NCBI GenBank assembly: GCA_963836205.1
Contig: CAWIIV010000020.1
Span: forward strand, 1 to 64,000
Length of the DNA: 64,000 nucleotides
Direction: 5' to 3'
Source: an uncultured Acidimicrobiia bacterium
Lineage (GTDB): Bacteria; Actinomycetota; Acidimicrobiia; Acidimicrobiales; AC-14
The notes beneath the pieces were generated by a model that was given only the letters and a program-made list of their open reading frames with translations, was not told the origin of the DNA and did not search any database. Positions 19,861 to 29,917 of this stretch are shown piece by piece. Positions within the stretch are counted from its first letter, which is position 1. The number at the start of each line of letters is the position of its first letter. The position numbers were made by a program, and so were the translations under genes.

Positions 19861-20151
19861 ATGGAGTTCGTGCAGATCATCGAGTACCAGACGTCGAAGC
19901 CGGACGAGTTGCGGGCCGTCGGCGACGAGTTCGGAGCGATGCGGGGCGACGCCGCGGATGGACCGCAGGTCACCGTGACGAAGGACCGAGACCGGGAGAA
20001 CACCTACCTGACGATCGTGCGCTTCCCGTCCTACGAGGCGGCGATGGAGAACTCGCAGCGGGAGGACACGAGCGAGATGGCGGCCAAGATGATGGCCCTG
20101 TGCGACGGCCAGCCGACCTTCCGCAACCTCGACGTCGTCACGGAGATGTAG
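19861..20151 (+). CDS. Small conserved actinobacterial protein (dimeric alpha/beta-barrel-like)
   Basis: SD GAGGAGG; MEFVQIIEY...FPSYEAAMENS...PTFRNLDV. Confidence 0.75.
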   Translation: MEFVQIIEYQTSKPDELRAVGDEFGAMRGDAADGPQVTVTKDRDRENTYLTIVRFPSYEAAMENSQREDTSEMAAKMMALCDGQPTFRNLDVVTEM

Positions 20152-20166
20152 CCCGCCGGCGCGGGG

Positions 20167-20580
20167 CTACGGGTGGTCGGCCGTGTAGAACATCTCGAGC
20201 TGGATCCCGTCCGGGTCGCGGAAGGTGAGGACTGACCCGTACTCGCGGTCGGCGATGGGCGTGTGGTCGACGCTCAGGCGGATGAAATGCTCCTGCCAGT
20301 CCTCCAACGCCGCCCGGCTTTCGACCTTGAAGCCCATGTGGTCGAAGCCGGTGCGGCGGGGGTCGAAGGCCTCGCCCTGGTTGGCGTCGTGGTGCTGGCA
20401 CTCGATGATCGACTTCGACGGCTCGTGGACGAGCAGCACACCCTGCCACCCCTCACCCTCCACGTAGTCGAGCTCCTGGAGCCCGAGCACGGCCTTGTAC
20501 CAGCCCACGCTGGTCATGAGGTCGCGGACGGAGAACGAGACGTGGGAGATCTTGCTGAACGCCACCCGGTTGAACGGCAT
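20167..20580 (-). CDS. VOC/glyoxalase family protein
   Basis: SHVSFSVRDL, GFDHMGF, FRDPDGIQLE. Confidence 0.9.
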   Translation of the reverse strand: MPFNRVAFSKISHVSFSVRDLMTSVGWYKAVLGLQELDYVEGEGWQGVLLVHEPSKSIIECQHHDANQGEAFDPRRTGFDHMGFKVESRAALEDWQEHFIRLSVDHTPIADREYGSVLTFRDPDGIQLEMFYTADHP

Positions 20581-20619
20581 ACGCCAAGTCTGCCCCCATC
20601 ACCAGCGGCAGGGGCCAGT

Positions 20620-21678
20620 ATGGGAGCCGTGGACGTCCGGCTGCCGCAGTTCTGGTACGTGGCCTGCCTCTCCGACGACCTCCGGGGGCGGCGGCCGTTG
20701 GCCCGCACGGTCCTGGGCGTGCGCATGGCCCTGTTCCGGTCCTCGGACGGCGTGGCCGCCGCCGTGCTCGACCGCTGTCCGCATCGGAACACCCCCCTGT
20801 CGATCGGCACCGTGTGCGACGGCCAGCTCCAGTGCGCCTACCACGGGTGGCGGTTCGACGGGACGGGCGCGTGCCGGCTGGTCCCGGGGCTGGTGGGTGA
20901 CGACGCCGACCGCCGGGCCCGGCGGGTGGACTCGTTCCCCACGGCCGAGAGGGACGGGTTCGTGTGGGTCTGGCCGGGCGTCTCGGCGGCCGGAGGGGCC
21001 GCTCCCCCACCACCGGCGTTCCGCTTCCCCTACGTGGAGTCGGCCGGTTACACGACCGTCCGCCGCAGCCTGTCGGTGACCGCCGGCCTGCACGCGGCCC
21101 TGGAGAACACCCTCGACGTCCCCCACACCGCCTTCCTCCACGGGGGCCTGTTCCGTGGCGGGCGTCCGCCGGTGGACATCGAGGTCGTCGTCCGCCACAC
21201 GGCCGGCGGGGTGGAGGCCGAGTACGTGGGCGAGCCCCGGCCGCCGGGCCTGGCCGGACGCATACTCGCCCCCGAGGGCGGGGTGGTCACCCACGTCGAC
21301 CGCTTCCTCATGCCCTCGATCGCCCAGGTGGAGTACCGGCTGGGTCTGAACCACCTGGTCACGACCACCGCCTTCACTCCCGGCGAGGAGGGGGTGACCG
21401 ACCTCCACGCCGCCGTCACCTTCCGCCTGCGCCTGCCGCCCGGACTGGTGAGGGCGGTTGTCACCCCCGTCGCCAACCGGATCTTCGCCCAGGACAAGGC
21501 CATCCTCCGGGCCCAGGCCGACAACGTCCGCCGCTTCGGGGGCGAGCAGTACGCGTCGACCGAGCTCGACGTGCTCGGCCAACACATCATGCGGTTGCTG
21601 CGACGGGCCGAGCGGGGCGAGGCCGACGACACCAACGGGGACCGCCCCGCCGACCGCCGCTTCACCATGCGGGTCTGA
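20620..21678 (+). CDS. Rieske non-heme iron oxygenase (VanA/TsaM-like alpha subunit)
   Basis: CPHR...CAYHGW, ENTLDVPHTAFLH, QDKAIL. Confidence 0.92.
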   Translation: MGAVDVRLPQFWYVACLSDDLRGRRPLARTVLGVRMALFRSSDGVAAAVLDRCPHRNTPLSIGTVCDGQLQCAYHGWRFDGTGACRLVPGLVGDDADRRARRVDSFPTAERDGFVWVWPGVSAAGGAAPPPPAFRFPYVESAGYTTVRRSLSVTAGLHAALENTLDVPHTAFLHGGLFRGGRPPVDIEVVVRHTAGGVEAEYVGEPRPPGLAGRILAPEGGVVTHVDRFLMPSIAQVEYRLGLNHLVTTTAFTPGEEGVTDLHAAVTFRLRLPPGLVRAVVTPVANRIFAQDKAILRAQADNVRRFGGEQYASTELDVLGQHIMRLLRRAERGEADDTNGDRPADRRFTMRV

Positions 21679-21725
21679 CACCCGCGGCGCGCGGGGCGCG
21701 CGGGGCGACCCCCGGAGGGAGCGCC

Positions 21726-21888
21726 CGCGCCATTTGCTCGGCGGGCTGTGCGGGGACCGGCGAGCGATCGCCACAAGTACCCCCTTGGAGGGGGCTCTCG
21801 CGCCATTTGCTCGGGGGGCTGTGCGGGGACCGGCGAGCGATCGCCACAAGTACCCCCTTGGAGGGGGCTCTCGCGCCATTTGCTCGGC
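21726..21888. repeat. 73-bp tandem repeat (about 2.2 copies) with internal hairpins, REP/BIME-like
   Basis: Units start at 21726, 21799 and 21872; internal GGCGA-gcga-TCGCC and CCCCC-ttgga-GGGGG; lies between convergent genes. Confidence 0.9.
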
Positions 21889-21892
21889 GCGA

Positions 21893-22853
21893 TCAGCCGC
21901 GGACGGCCTCGACGACCCGCAGATAGTTTGCGCCGGCGATCTTGGCGATGCGTGTGTCGGAGAAGCCGTGGGATCGCATGGCGGCCAGGAGAACGGGTAG
22001 TTCGCTGACGGTGCGCATGTCGCGGGGTGGGACGATGAAACCGTCCCAGTCGCTGCCGAGGGCGGCGCAGTCCTCGCCCCCGACATCGACCACGTGGGCG
22101 AGGTGGCGCACGACGGCCTCGGCCGAGCTCTCGCCCAGGAAGCCCGAGTGGTACATGATCCCGACCACGCCCCCGGTGCCGGCGATGGCCCGGATCTGGT
22201 CGTCGTCGACGTTGCGCCACACGTCGTGGACCGCCCGCACCCCGGTATGGGACACGATGGCCGGCACCGACCGGTCGTGGGCCGCCATCGCGTCCCAGAA
22301 GCCGGTCCGGTTCACGTGGGCGAGGTCGACGAGGATGCGGCGGGCGTCGAGCGCGGCCACGTAGTCCCGCCCGGCGCCGGTGAGGCCCCGGCTCCGGCGG
22401 CCAGAGAGCGGCCGGCTGGGCGATCCGAGGTCAGAGCGGGTGAGGTGGACGAGGGTGACCCGCGACACCACGTCGGGCAGCGACGCCACGTCGTCGGCGC
22501 CCACCGCATTCCCGCCCTGGACGGCGAGGAAGCACGCCATCCGGCCCTCGGCCCGGGCTCGGCGGTAACCGGCGAGGTCGGCCACCACGGCGACGCCCGG
22601 GTCCGCCTCCAGCGCCGCCTGGAGCCGGGCGAGGTTGGCCAGCAGCGCCGTCCGCCGCCCGGCCCGGCTCCGGAAAGGGTTGGTGGCGATGCTGAACACC
22701 CCGCCGGTCAGGCCCGCGGCCCGCATCCGGGGGACGTCGACCTGCGAGTAGAGCCTCCCCCCGAGCAGCCCCCTGCCCGTGGGTGCAGCCGAGGTCGTAG
22801 CCGAAGACCCGGGTCCAGACGAAGGACTCGATGTGGGCGTCGACGATGTCCAT
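21893..22853 (-). CDS. Membrane dipeptidase (peptidase M19); one frameshift near 22775
   Basis: MDIVDAH in one frame, then QVDVPRM, VDLAH, SHTG, RNVDDDQI, GSDWDG in another. Confidence 0.85.
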
Positions 22854-22916
22854 GCGCGGACAATTGTGGGCGCCAACCGGTTTCCCCGGGCGGATAATGG
22901 GGTACAGGAGGTGCCC

Positions 22917-23138
22917 GTGCCCGACACTGCCGTGCTTTCCGCGCTCCTGACCGACTATCTCGACCAGCTCGACCACCGCCTGGATGCAGTCGACGAGCTG
23001 CGCAGGCAGGCCGGGGCCCTGGATCAGCGGGGGTCAGCCGAGCTCCTCCCCCTGCTCGACGGCGTGGGTGACACTGTGCGCGGCAGCGACGAGAGCGCCC
23101 GGGTCCTGCTGCGGTGGCTCCGGGCTGGACCGACCTGA
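22917..23138 (+). CDS. Small hypothetical helical protein
   Basis: AGGAGG SD before GTG; GC3-biased codons. Confidence 0.5.
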   Translation: MPDTAVLSALLTDYLDQLDHRLDAVDELRRQAGALDQRGSAELLPLLDGVGDTVRGSDESARVLLRWLRAGPT

Positions 23139-23154
23139 GCCGCTGAGGCGCTCG

Positions 23155-23793
23155 GTGGTGGTCGCGCCCTACCGCGACCGGGTCGACGCCGGCACCCGGC
23201 TGGCCGCCACCTTCGATCCGTCGTGGCACGGCCGTCCCGACGTCGTCGTCCTGGGGCTGGCCCGCGGGGGCGTGCCCGTGGCGTACCAGGTCGCCCGAGC
23301 CCTCGCCGTCCCCCTCGACGTGCTCGTCGTCCGCAAGCTGGGGGTGCCCGGACACGAGGAGCTGGCCTTCGGCGCGGTCGCCAGCGGCGGGCTGCGGGTC
23401 CTCAACGACGACGTCGTGGCGACCCTGTCGGTGGAGGTCGTGGCCGAGGTCACCGCCCGTGAGCAGGCCGTCCTGGCCGAACGGGAGGCGTCGTACCGGG
23501 GAGGCCGTCCGCCGCTCGATCTCCGGGGGCGCACCGTCGTGCTGGTCGACGACGGGCTGGCTACCGGAGCCAGCATGCGGGCGGCGGTGGGCGCGGTGCG
23601 CAGCCAGGCCCCGGCCTCGGTCGTGGTGGCAGTGCCGGTGGGAGCGGCGTCCACCTGCGCCCGGCTGCGGGCCGACGCCGACGAGGTCGTCTGCACCGCC
23701 ACCCCCGAGCCCTTCGGGGCCGTCGGATCCTGGTACCTCGACTTCTCGCCCACCACCGACGAGGAGGTCCGCCGGCTGCTGGCGGTCGGGTGA
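23155..23793 (+). CDS. Phosphoribosyltransferase domain protein
   Basis: YRDRVDAG, LGLARGGVPVA, RKLGVPGHEE, VDDGLATGAS. Confidence 0.92.
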   Translation: MVVAPYRDRVDAGTRLAATFDPSWHGRPDVVVLGLARGGVPVAYQVARALAVPLDVLVVRKLGVPGHEELAFGAVASGGLRVLNDDVVATLSVEVVAEVTAREQAVLAEREASYRGGRPPLDLRGRTVVLVDDGLATGASMRAAVGAVRSQAPASVVVAVPVGAASTCARLRADADEVVCTATPEPFGAVGSWYLDFSPTTDEEVRRLLAVG

Positions 23794-23821
23794 GCGTGGG
23801 CAGCCGTGCAAAGCTTGGCCG

Positions 23822-24769
23822 ATGCAGTATCGACGCCTCGGCGCCAGCGAGCTCGTGGTGTCGGAGGTCAGCCTCGGCTCCTGGCTGACGTACGGCGCCG
23901 CGGTCGACAACGACCGGGGGCTGGCCTGCGTCCGGCGGGCGTTCGAGGTGGGGATCAACTTCTTCGACACGGCCAACGTCTACGGCGGGGGCGGGGCGGA
24001 GACGTTCCTGGGCGAGGCCCTCTCCGGCGTCGACCGCGACTCGTACATCCTGGGCACCAAGGCCTTCTTTCCCATGCCCGACGGCGGCCGAGGCCTGTCG
24101 GCGGCCCAGATCCGCAAGCAGGCCGACGCGTCCTTGAAGCGCCTGCGCACCGACTACGTCGACCTCTACCAGTGCCACCGCTACGACCCCGGGGTCGCCC
24201 TCGAGGAGACGATGGAGGCCCTCACCGATCTGGTGAAGCAGGGCAAGGCCCGCTACCTCGGCTTCAGCGAGTGGACGGGCGAGCAGATCGAGGCCGCCCT
24301 GGCCATCCCCGGTGTGGCGCGGTTCGTTTCGAGCCAGCCCGAGTACTCGATCCTCTACCGCAAGATCGAGCCCGAGATCATCGAGGTCTGTGAGCGCCAC
24401 GGGATCAGCCAGATCGTGTGGTCGCCGCTGGCCCAGGGCGCGCTGACGGGCAAGTACAAGCCGGGTGCCCGTCCCCCGGCCGGGTCGCGAGCGGCCAACG
24501 AGTCGATGGGCCAGTGGATGGGCCGCTGGCGCGACGACGAGGTGCTGGAGGCGGTGCAGCGGCTGCGTCCGATTGCCGAGGGGCTCGAGCTGTCGATGGC
24601 GCAGCTGGCCCTGGCCTGGGTGCTGCGCCAGCCCAACGTGGCCTCGGCCATCACCGGCGCCAGCCGTCCCGAGCAGATCGACGACAACGTGGGCGCGGTG
24701 GGCGTGACCCTCGACGACGCCAGCCTGGCCGCCATCGACGCCGCCGTCGACGGGGTGGTCGGGCCGTAG
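23822..24769 (+). CDS. Aldo/keto reductase (Kv-beta-like)
   Basis: FDTANVYG, SLKRLRTDYVDLYQCH, WSPLAQG. Confidence 0.95.
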   Translation: MQYRRLGASELVVSEVSLGSWLTYGAAVDNDRGLACVRRAFEVGINFFDTANVYGGGGAETFLGEALSGVDRDSYILGTKAFFPMPDGGRGLSAAQIRKQADASLKRLRTDYVDLYQCHRYDPGVALEETMEALTDLVKQGKARYLGFSEWTGEQIEAALAIPGVARFVSSQPEYSILYRKIEPEIIEVCERHGISQIVWSPLAQGALTGKYKPGARPPAGSRAANESMGQWMGRWRDDEVLEAVQRLRPIAEGLELSMAQLALAWVLRQPNVASAITGASRPEQIDDNVGAVGVTLDDASLAAIDAAVDGVVGP

Positions 24770-26184
24770 TGGAAGGGCGGGGCGGGTCCCGGCCGGGCGG
24801 GGCGGTCGGCGACCTCATCGTGGTCGTGCCGTCGATCTCGTTCCCGGTGGTGGAGTTGCAGAAGATCGCGGCCGTCCAGTCCTACGAGGAGCGGATGCTC
24901 TTCCTCGTGCTCCTGCTGGCCGAACCGTCGCTGCGGTTGGTCTACGTCACGTCGGAGGCGATCGACCCCGCCACCGTCGACTACTACCTGCGGTTCCTGC
25001 CCGACCCGGCCGACGCCCGCCGCCGGTTGGAACTGGTCGACGTCGGCGATCCCGCCATCGGGTCGCTGTCGGCCAAGCTCCTGGCCCGGCCGGACGACCT
25101 CGATCGGCTGCGGGCCGCCATCGGCGACGAGCCCGCCGACGGCGGCATGCTGCCGTTCAACGTCACCCGGGCCGAGCAGGATCTGGCCGACGCCCTCGGG
25201 TTGACGTTGTACGGGCCCCGTCCCGAGCTGATCTGGCTGGGGTCGAAGTCGGGGTCGCGGCAGGTGGCGATGGAGGCGGGCGTGCCCGTGCTGCCGGGAG
25301 TGGAGGACGTCTCCTCCCTGGCCGAGCTGGCCAAGGCCATCGCCGGGCTGCGCGAGGCCCGGCCCGAGGCCCCCGCGGTGGTGGTCAAGCTCGACAACGG
25401 GTTCTCGGGGCAGGGCAACGCCATCATCGAGCTCGACGACATCCACTGGGAGCTGGCCGACCCGCTCACCGCGTCGACCACCGTGTTCTGCGCGGCCGAG
25501 GAGTCGTGGCCGTCGTTCGAGGCCAAGATCGAGGACGAGGGCGCCATCGTGGAGACGCTGGTCCGCTCCGACGGCCTGCGCTCGCCGAGCGTGCAATTGC
25601 AGATCTCGCCCGCCGGCGACGTCGAGGTGCTGTCGACCCACGACCAGATCCTGGGTGGCCCCGACAACCAGGTCTACCTCGGCTGCCGCTTCCCGGCCCG
25701 GCCCGAGTACCGCCTCGCCATCCAGACCGAGGCCCTCAAGGTGGCCCAGGTGATGGTGGCCCGGGGCGTCACCGGCGTGTTCGGGATCGACTTCCTCGTC
25801 GACGGCGACCGGGTCACCTTGAGCGAGATCAACCTGCGCATGGGTGGCACCACCCATCCCTACTGGATGGCCCGCCTGGCCACCGGCGGCACCTACGACC
25901 AAGCCTCGGGCGAGCTGCGGGTGCCCGGCGGCGGCAGCCGGTGCTACGTGGCCACCGACAACATCAAGTCGCTCCGGCTGCTGGGCAGTCGCCCGGCCGA
26001 CGTCATCGCCCGGATCGACCAGGCCGGACTGGCCTACGACGCCACCACCGCCACCGGCGCCACCCTCCACCTGCTCGGAGCCCTGCCGGGGGCCGGAAAG
26101 ATGGGTGTGACCTGCATCGGGGCGACGCCCGAGGCGGCCGACGACCTCTACGTCCGGGTCCTCGCCGCCCTCGAAGCCCCCTGA
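24769..26184 (+). CDS. PGM1-related ATP-grasp peptide ligase
   Basis: YEERMLF, GSKSGSR, KLDNGFSGQGNA, LSTHDQILGG, EINLRMGGTTHP. Confidence 0.85.
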   Translation: MEGRGGSRPGGAVGDLIVVVPSISFPVVELQKIAAVQSYEERMLFLVLLLAEPSLRLVYVTSEAIDPATVDYYLRFLPDPADARRRLELVDVGDPAIGSLSAKLLARPDDLDRLRAAIGDEPADGGMLPFNVTRAEQDLADALGLTLYGPRPELIWLGSKSGSRQVAMEAGVPVLPGVEDVSSLAELAKAIAGLREARPEAPAVVVKLDNGFSGQGNAIIELDDIHWELADPLTASTTVFCAAEESWPSFEAKIEDEGAIVETLVRSDGLRSPSVQLQISPAGDVEVLSTHDQILGGPDNQVYLGCRFPARPEYRLAIQTEALKVAQVMVARGVTGVFGIDFLVDGDRVTLSEINLRMGGTTHPYWMARLATGGTYDQASGELRVPGGGSRCYVATDNIKSLRLLGSRPADVIARIDQAGLAYDATTATGATLHLLGALPGAGKMGVTCIGATPEAADDLYVRVLAALEAP

Positions 26185-26325
26185 CCACCGCTTCGTCCAA
26201 CCATGGCCTCCTGCCCACCGCGACCCTTCCTCTGACAGGAGCTGTCGCGGTGACCGGTTGAGGTCAGGGGCCGAAATCGCCCGATTCACGACGTTTCGGC
26301 CCGTCGATCTTGACCGGCCCGGTCG

Positions 26326-27225
26326 TTACCCCGGGGTGAGGGACTTGATGGTGGCGTTGTACTCGGTGTGGACGGTGAGCAGCCCGCCGGCGGTGGCGTC
26401 GCCGATGGCCCGTTCCCGCACCCACAGCCGGGAGGCGCGGTCGAGGTTGATGAACAGCGTCTGTGATCCCTGGATCTGGCCCGGCGGGAAGGTGGCCACC
26501 GAGCGCACGATGAGCGTGTCGATGCTCTGGCCACCCACCGCCACCGGTTCCGTGCCCAGGACGTCGACCACCACCGTGGCCGACCCCCCGCCGGCGGGGA
26601 TGGTGAGCGTCTGCGACGCTCCCGTCGCCGCCCCGGTGGCCAGGAACAGCAGCGGCGCCGGAGGCGTGAGGGCGAACGGGTAGGCGACGCCGTTGTAGGT
26701 GGTGGTGAAGACGAGGGAGACCAGGTAGAGCCCGTCGGGGCGGTAGTCGAACGTGTAGGTGACCTGCGACCCGCTGCCCAGGTCGCGGGTGGCCACCTGA
26801 CGGCTGCCCGCGGCGGCACCGATGGTGTTGGTGGTGTCGGGCGGGAACACGACGGGCGATCCGTTGAACGTGACGCTGCCCGTCGTCAGGTAGTGGTAGA
26901 CGCCGGGGGTCGCGGGGGTGAGGGCGACCGGGCCCGGCGGGGCGGTGGCGGGCGGGGGCGTCGTGGCCGGGCCCGGACCGGGGCCGGCGGCGGTGGTGCC
27001 GGGACCGCCGGCCACCGTGGTGTCGGTGCCGGCCTCGGCGGTGGTGGTCGTGGTGGCGCCGGGGTCGCCGGCAGTGGTGGTCGTGGTCGCCCCCGCGACC
27101 GTCGACGTGGTGGTGGCGCCGGTGGCGACCTTCTTGTCGTCGTCGCCCCCGCCGCCGCAGGCGACTGCCACCAAGGCGAGCATGACCATGGCGGCGGTGG
27201 CCGCCGCCCTCCGGCGAACGATCAT
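26326..27225 (-). CDS. Lipoprotein with Thr/Pro linker and beta-rich C-terminal domain
   Basis: Lipobox AVAC; PGVYHYLTTG domain; starts immediately after the dxs stop. Confidence 0.8.
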   Translation of the reverse strand: MIVRRRAAATAAMVMLALVAVACGGGGDDDKKVATGATTTSTVAGATTTTTAGDPGATTTTTAEAGTDTTVAGGPGTTAAGPGPGPATTPPPATAPPGPVALTPATPGVYHYLTTGSVTFNGSPVVFPPDTTNTIGAAAGSRQVATRDLGSGSQVTYTFDYRPDGLYLVSLVFTTTYNGVAYPFALTPPAPLLFLATGAATGASQTLTIPAGGGSATVVVDVLGTEPVAVGGQSIDTLIVRSVATFPPGQIQGSQTLFINLDRASRLWVRERAIGDATAGGLLTVHTEYNATIKSLTPG

Positions 27226-27226
27226 G

Positions 27227-29119
27227 TCAGCGACCGCGGACGGACTGGGCCGCCTCCAGGGAACCGAGCACCGAGGCCGCGATGCCGGGGCCGTCGAGGC
27301 CGAGGTCGGCGTGGATCTTGGCCGGCGGGGCCTGGGCCAGGTACTCGTCGGGAACGCCCAGCACCACCACCCGGGGAGGACGCAACCCGGCCTGGGACGC
27401 GACCCCGGCGATGGCGTCGACCATGGCCGAGCCGGCCCCGCCCACCCGTATCCCGTCCTCCACCGTGACCACGAGGGGCGCCCCCGCGGCGTCGGCGATC
27501 ATGTGGGGGTCGAGGGGCTTGACCACCCGCACGTCCCACACGGTGCAGCCGATCCCCTGGAGGTGGAGCAGGCGGGCGGCGTCCTCCGCCGCCTCCACCA
27601 ACTTGCCCACGGCCAGGATGCAGACGTCGGGGCCGCGGCGAACGAGCCGGGCCGACAGTCCCGAGCCGACCTCGTCGGGCGGCGCCTGGCGGGCGGCGCC
27701 CTTGGGGTAGCGGACGGCGGACGGCCCGTCGTCGATCGACAGCGCCTCCTTCAACATGACTTCCAGCTCCTGGGCCGACGAGGGGGCGAAGATGGTCATC
27801 CCCGGGACCTTGCTCAGCAGGGCCATGTCGAGGATGCCGTGGTGCGACGGGCCGTCGTCGCCGGTGATCCCGGCCCGGTCGACGGCGAAGACGACGGGCT
27901 GGCGGTGGAGGCCGACGTCGAGGTTGACCTGGTCGAACGCCCGGGCGAGGAAGGTCGAGTAGATGGCGACGACCGGCCGCAGCCCGCCCATGGCCATGCC
28001 CGCGGCGGCGGTGACCGCGTGCTGCTCGGCGATGCCGACGTCGACGAAGCGGTCGGGGTGGCGGTTCTGGAAGGGGATGAGCCCGGTGGGGCCGGCCATG
28101 GCCGCGGTGATGGCCACCACCCGGGGGTCGATGTCGCCCGCCTCGACGATGGCGTCGGCGAAGGTCTGGGTGTAGCCGACCGGCAGCCACCGGGGCGGGC
28201 CGATGGCGGGGTCGAACACGGGGGCGTCGTGGAGGCACTTCTCGTCGTCGTCCTCCGCCGGCTGGTAGCCCCGGCCCTTCTGGGTGACGACGTGGACGAT
28301 GATCGGCTCGTCGAACTGGCCGGCCAGGCGCAGGACGTCCTCCAAGGCGGCGATGTCGTGGCCCTCGATGGGGCCCACGTAGCGCACGCCGAGGGCCTCG
28401 AAGAAGGCGTCGGGAGCGAGAACCTCCCGCACCGCCGCCCGCAGGCCGCTCATGCCGATCTCCAGCTGCTGGCCGACCATCGGCACCTTGCGCACGAACC
28501 GTTGCAGGCGCTTGACGTTGCGGACGTAGGCCGGGTTGAGCCGCAGCCGGCTGAGCCCGCTGGCCAGCCGGGACACGGTGGGGGCGTAGGACCGGCCGTT
28601 GTCGTTGAGGACGATGAGGACCTTGCGCCCGCTGTGGCCGATGTTGTTGAGGGCCTCGAACGCCATCCCCCCGGTCATCGACCCGTCGCCGATCACCGCC
28701 ACCACCCGCCGGTGGTCCTCGCCCTTGAGGTGGAGGGCGGTGGCCATGCCGTGGGCGTAGCTGAGGATGGTGGACGCGTGGCTGTTCTCCACCCAGTCGT
28801 GCTCGGACTCGGCCCGGGACGGGTAGCCCGAGAGCCCCCCGGCCTGGCGCAGGCTGGGAAAGCGCTCCCGGCGGCCGGTGAGGATCTTGTGGACGTAGGC
28901 CTGGTGGCCGGTGTCCCAGAGGAGGATGTCGTTCGGGGAGTCGAAAACCCGGTGGAGGGCGATGGTGAGCTCGACCACGCCCAGGTTGGAGCCGAGGTGG
29001 CCGCCCGTGACCGAGACCGACTGGACGATGAACTGGCGGATCTCGTCGGCCAGCAGTTCGAGCTCTTCGGGCCCGAGCCGGCGCAAGTCCTCTGCCGAGG
29101 TGATCGTCTCGAGCACCAT
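27227..29119 (-). CDS. dxs: 1-deoxy-D-xylulose-5-phosphate synthase
   Basis: GGHLGSNLGVVELT, WDTGHQAY, GDGSMTGG, GIAEQH, DRAG. Confidence 0.98.
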   Translation of the reverse strand: MVLETITSAEDLRRLGPEELELLADEIRQFIVQSVSVTGGHLGSNLGVVELTIALHRVFDSPNDILLWDTGHQAYVHKILTGRRERFPSLRQAGGLSGYPSRAESEHDWVENSHASTILSYAHGMATALHLKGEDHRRVVAVIGDGSMTGGMAFEALNNIGHSGRKVLIVLNDNGRSYAPTVSRLASGLSRLRLNPAYVRNVKRLQRFVRKVPMVGQQLEIGMSGLRAAVREVLAPDAFFEALGVRYVGPIEGHDIAALEDVLRLAGQFDEPIIVHVVTQKGRGYQPAEDDDEKCLHDAPVFDPAIGPPRWLPVGYTQTFADAIVEAGDIDPRVVAITAAMAGPTGLIPFQNRHPDRFVDVGIAEQHAVTAAAGMAMGGLRPVVAIYSTFLARAFDQVNLDVGLHRQPVVFAVDRAGITGDDGPSHHGILDMALLSKVPGMTIFAPSSAQELEVMLKEALSIDDGPSAVRYPKGAARQAPPDEVGSGLSARLVRRGPDVCILAVGKLVEAAEDAARLLHLQGIGCTVWDVRVVKPLDPHMIADAAGAPLVVTVEDGIRVGGAGSAMVDAIAGVASQAGLRPPRVVVLGVPDEYLAQAPPAKIHADLGLDGPGIAASVLGSLEAAQSVRGR

Positions 29120-29207
29120 CTCCGGCCACGCTACCTGCCGCCCGGAGGTTCCCTGTAGTCAGGGCGGTCCCGTCCACGGAGCGAGGCGCCGGTAGCGTGT
29201 CCCGCCG

Positions 29208-29564
29208 ATGGACCTGGACCGCTTCCAGTACCTGCTCCTCATGGGCCTGTGCCTGGTGATCACCCTCCCCCTGGAGCTGCTCCTGGGCGCTCGGGTGTGG
29301 GCCCAGCCCCGACGCCTGCTGGCCGCCCTGGCCCTCCCGGTGGCCGTCTTCGTGGTGTGGGACGTGGTGGCGATCGCCCGCGACCACTGGACCTACAACC
29401 CCCGCTACGTCACCGGCTGGGACCTGGGGAACCTGCCCGTCGAGGAGGTGGCCTTCTTCGTCGTCATCCCGATCTGCGGGCTGCTGACGTACGAGGCGGT
29501 GCGGCGGATCCTCCACGAGTGGGAGGACGTGTGGGCCCGGCTCCGGCGGCTGGTCCGCCGCTAA
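29208..29564 (+). CDS. crtYc: Lycopene cyclase domain protein (heterodimeric CrtYc-like)
   Basis: VWD..AI...HW.Y and LPVEEVAFF motifs. Confidence 0.85.
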   Translation: MDLDRFQYLLLMGLCLVITLPLELLLGARVWAQPRRLLAALALPVAVFVVWDVVAIARDHWTYNPRYVTGWDLGNLPVEEVAFFVVIPICGLLTYEAVRRILHEWEDVWARLRRLVRR

Positions 29565-29917
29565 TGGAGTACACGTGGGCGGCGGTGGGCGGGGTGGTGG
29601 CGGTGGTGGTGCTGGAGTTGGCATGGCTGCGGACGGGCATCCTCCGCACGGCCACCTTCTGGATCGCCTACGGGATCGTGGTGTTCTTCCAGGTGCTGGT
29701 GGACGGGTGGCTGACCAAGCTGTCGGCGCCCATCGTGGTCTACAACCCGGACACGTTCACCGGCTGGCGGGCGCCGTTCGACGTCCCGGTGGAGGACTAC
29801 CTGTTCGGGTTCGCCCTGGTCACGCTCACGATCCTGATCTGGGTGCATCTCGGTCGACGGCGGCCAACCGGCGCACCGACCACCAGAGCAGGAACAGGGC
29901 CGAGGCCCCGACGATGA
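29564..29917 (+). CDS. crtYd: Lycopene cyclase domain protein (CrtYd-like)
   Basis: TAATG coupling; IVVYNP and VPVEDYLFG motifs. Confidence 0.85.
   Translation: MEYTWAAVGGVVAVVVLELAWLRTGILRTATFWIAYGIVVFFQVLVDGWLTKLSAPIVVYNPDTFTGWRAPFDVPVEDYLFGFALVTLTILIWVHLGRRRPTGAPTTRAGTGPRPRR

Noticed and set aside
21726-21888. Possible CRISPR array
   Set aside because: Units are contiguous and near-identical with no unique spacers; no cas genes in window
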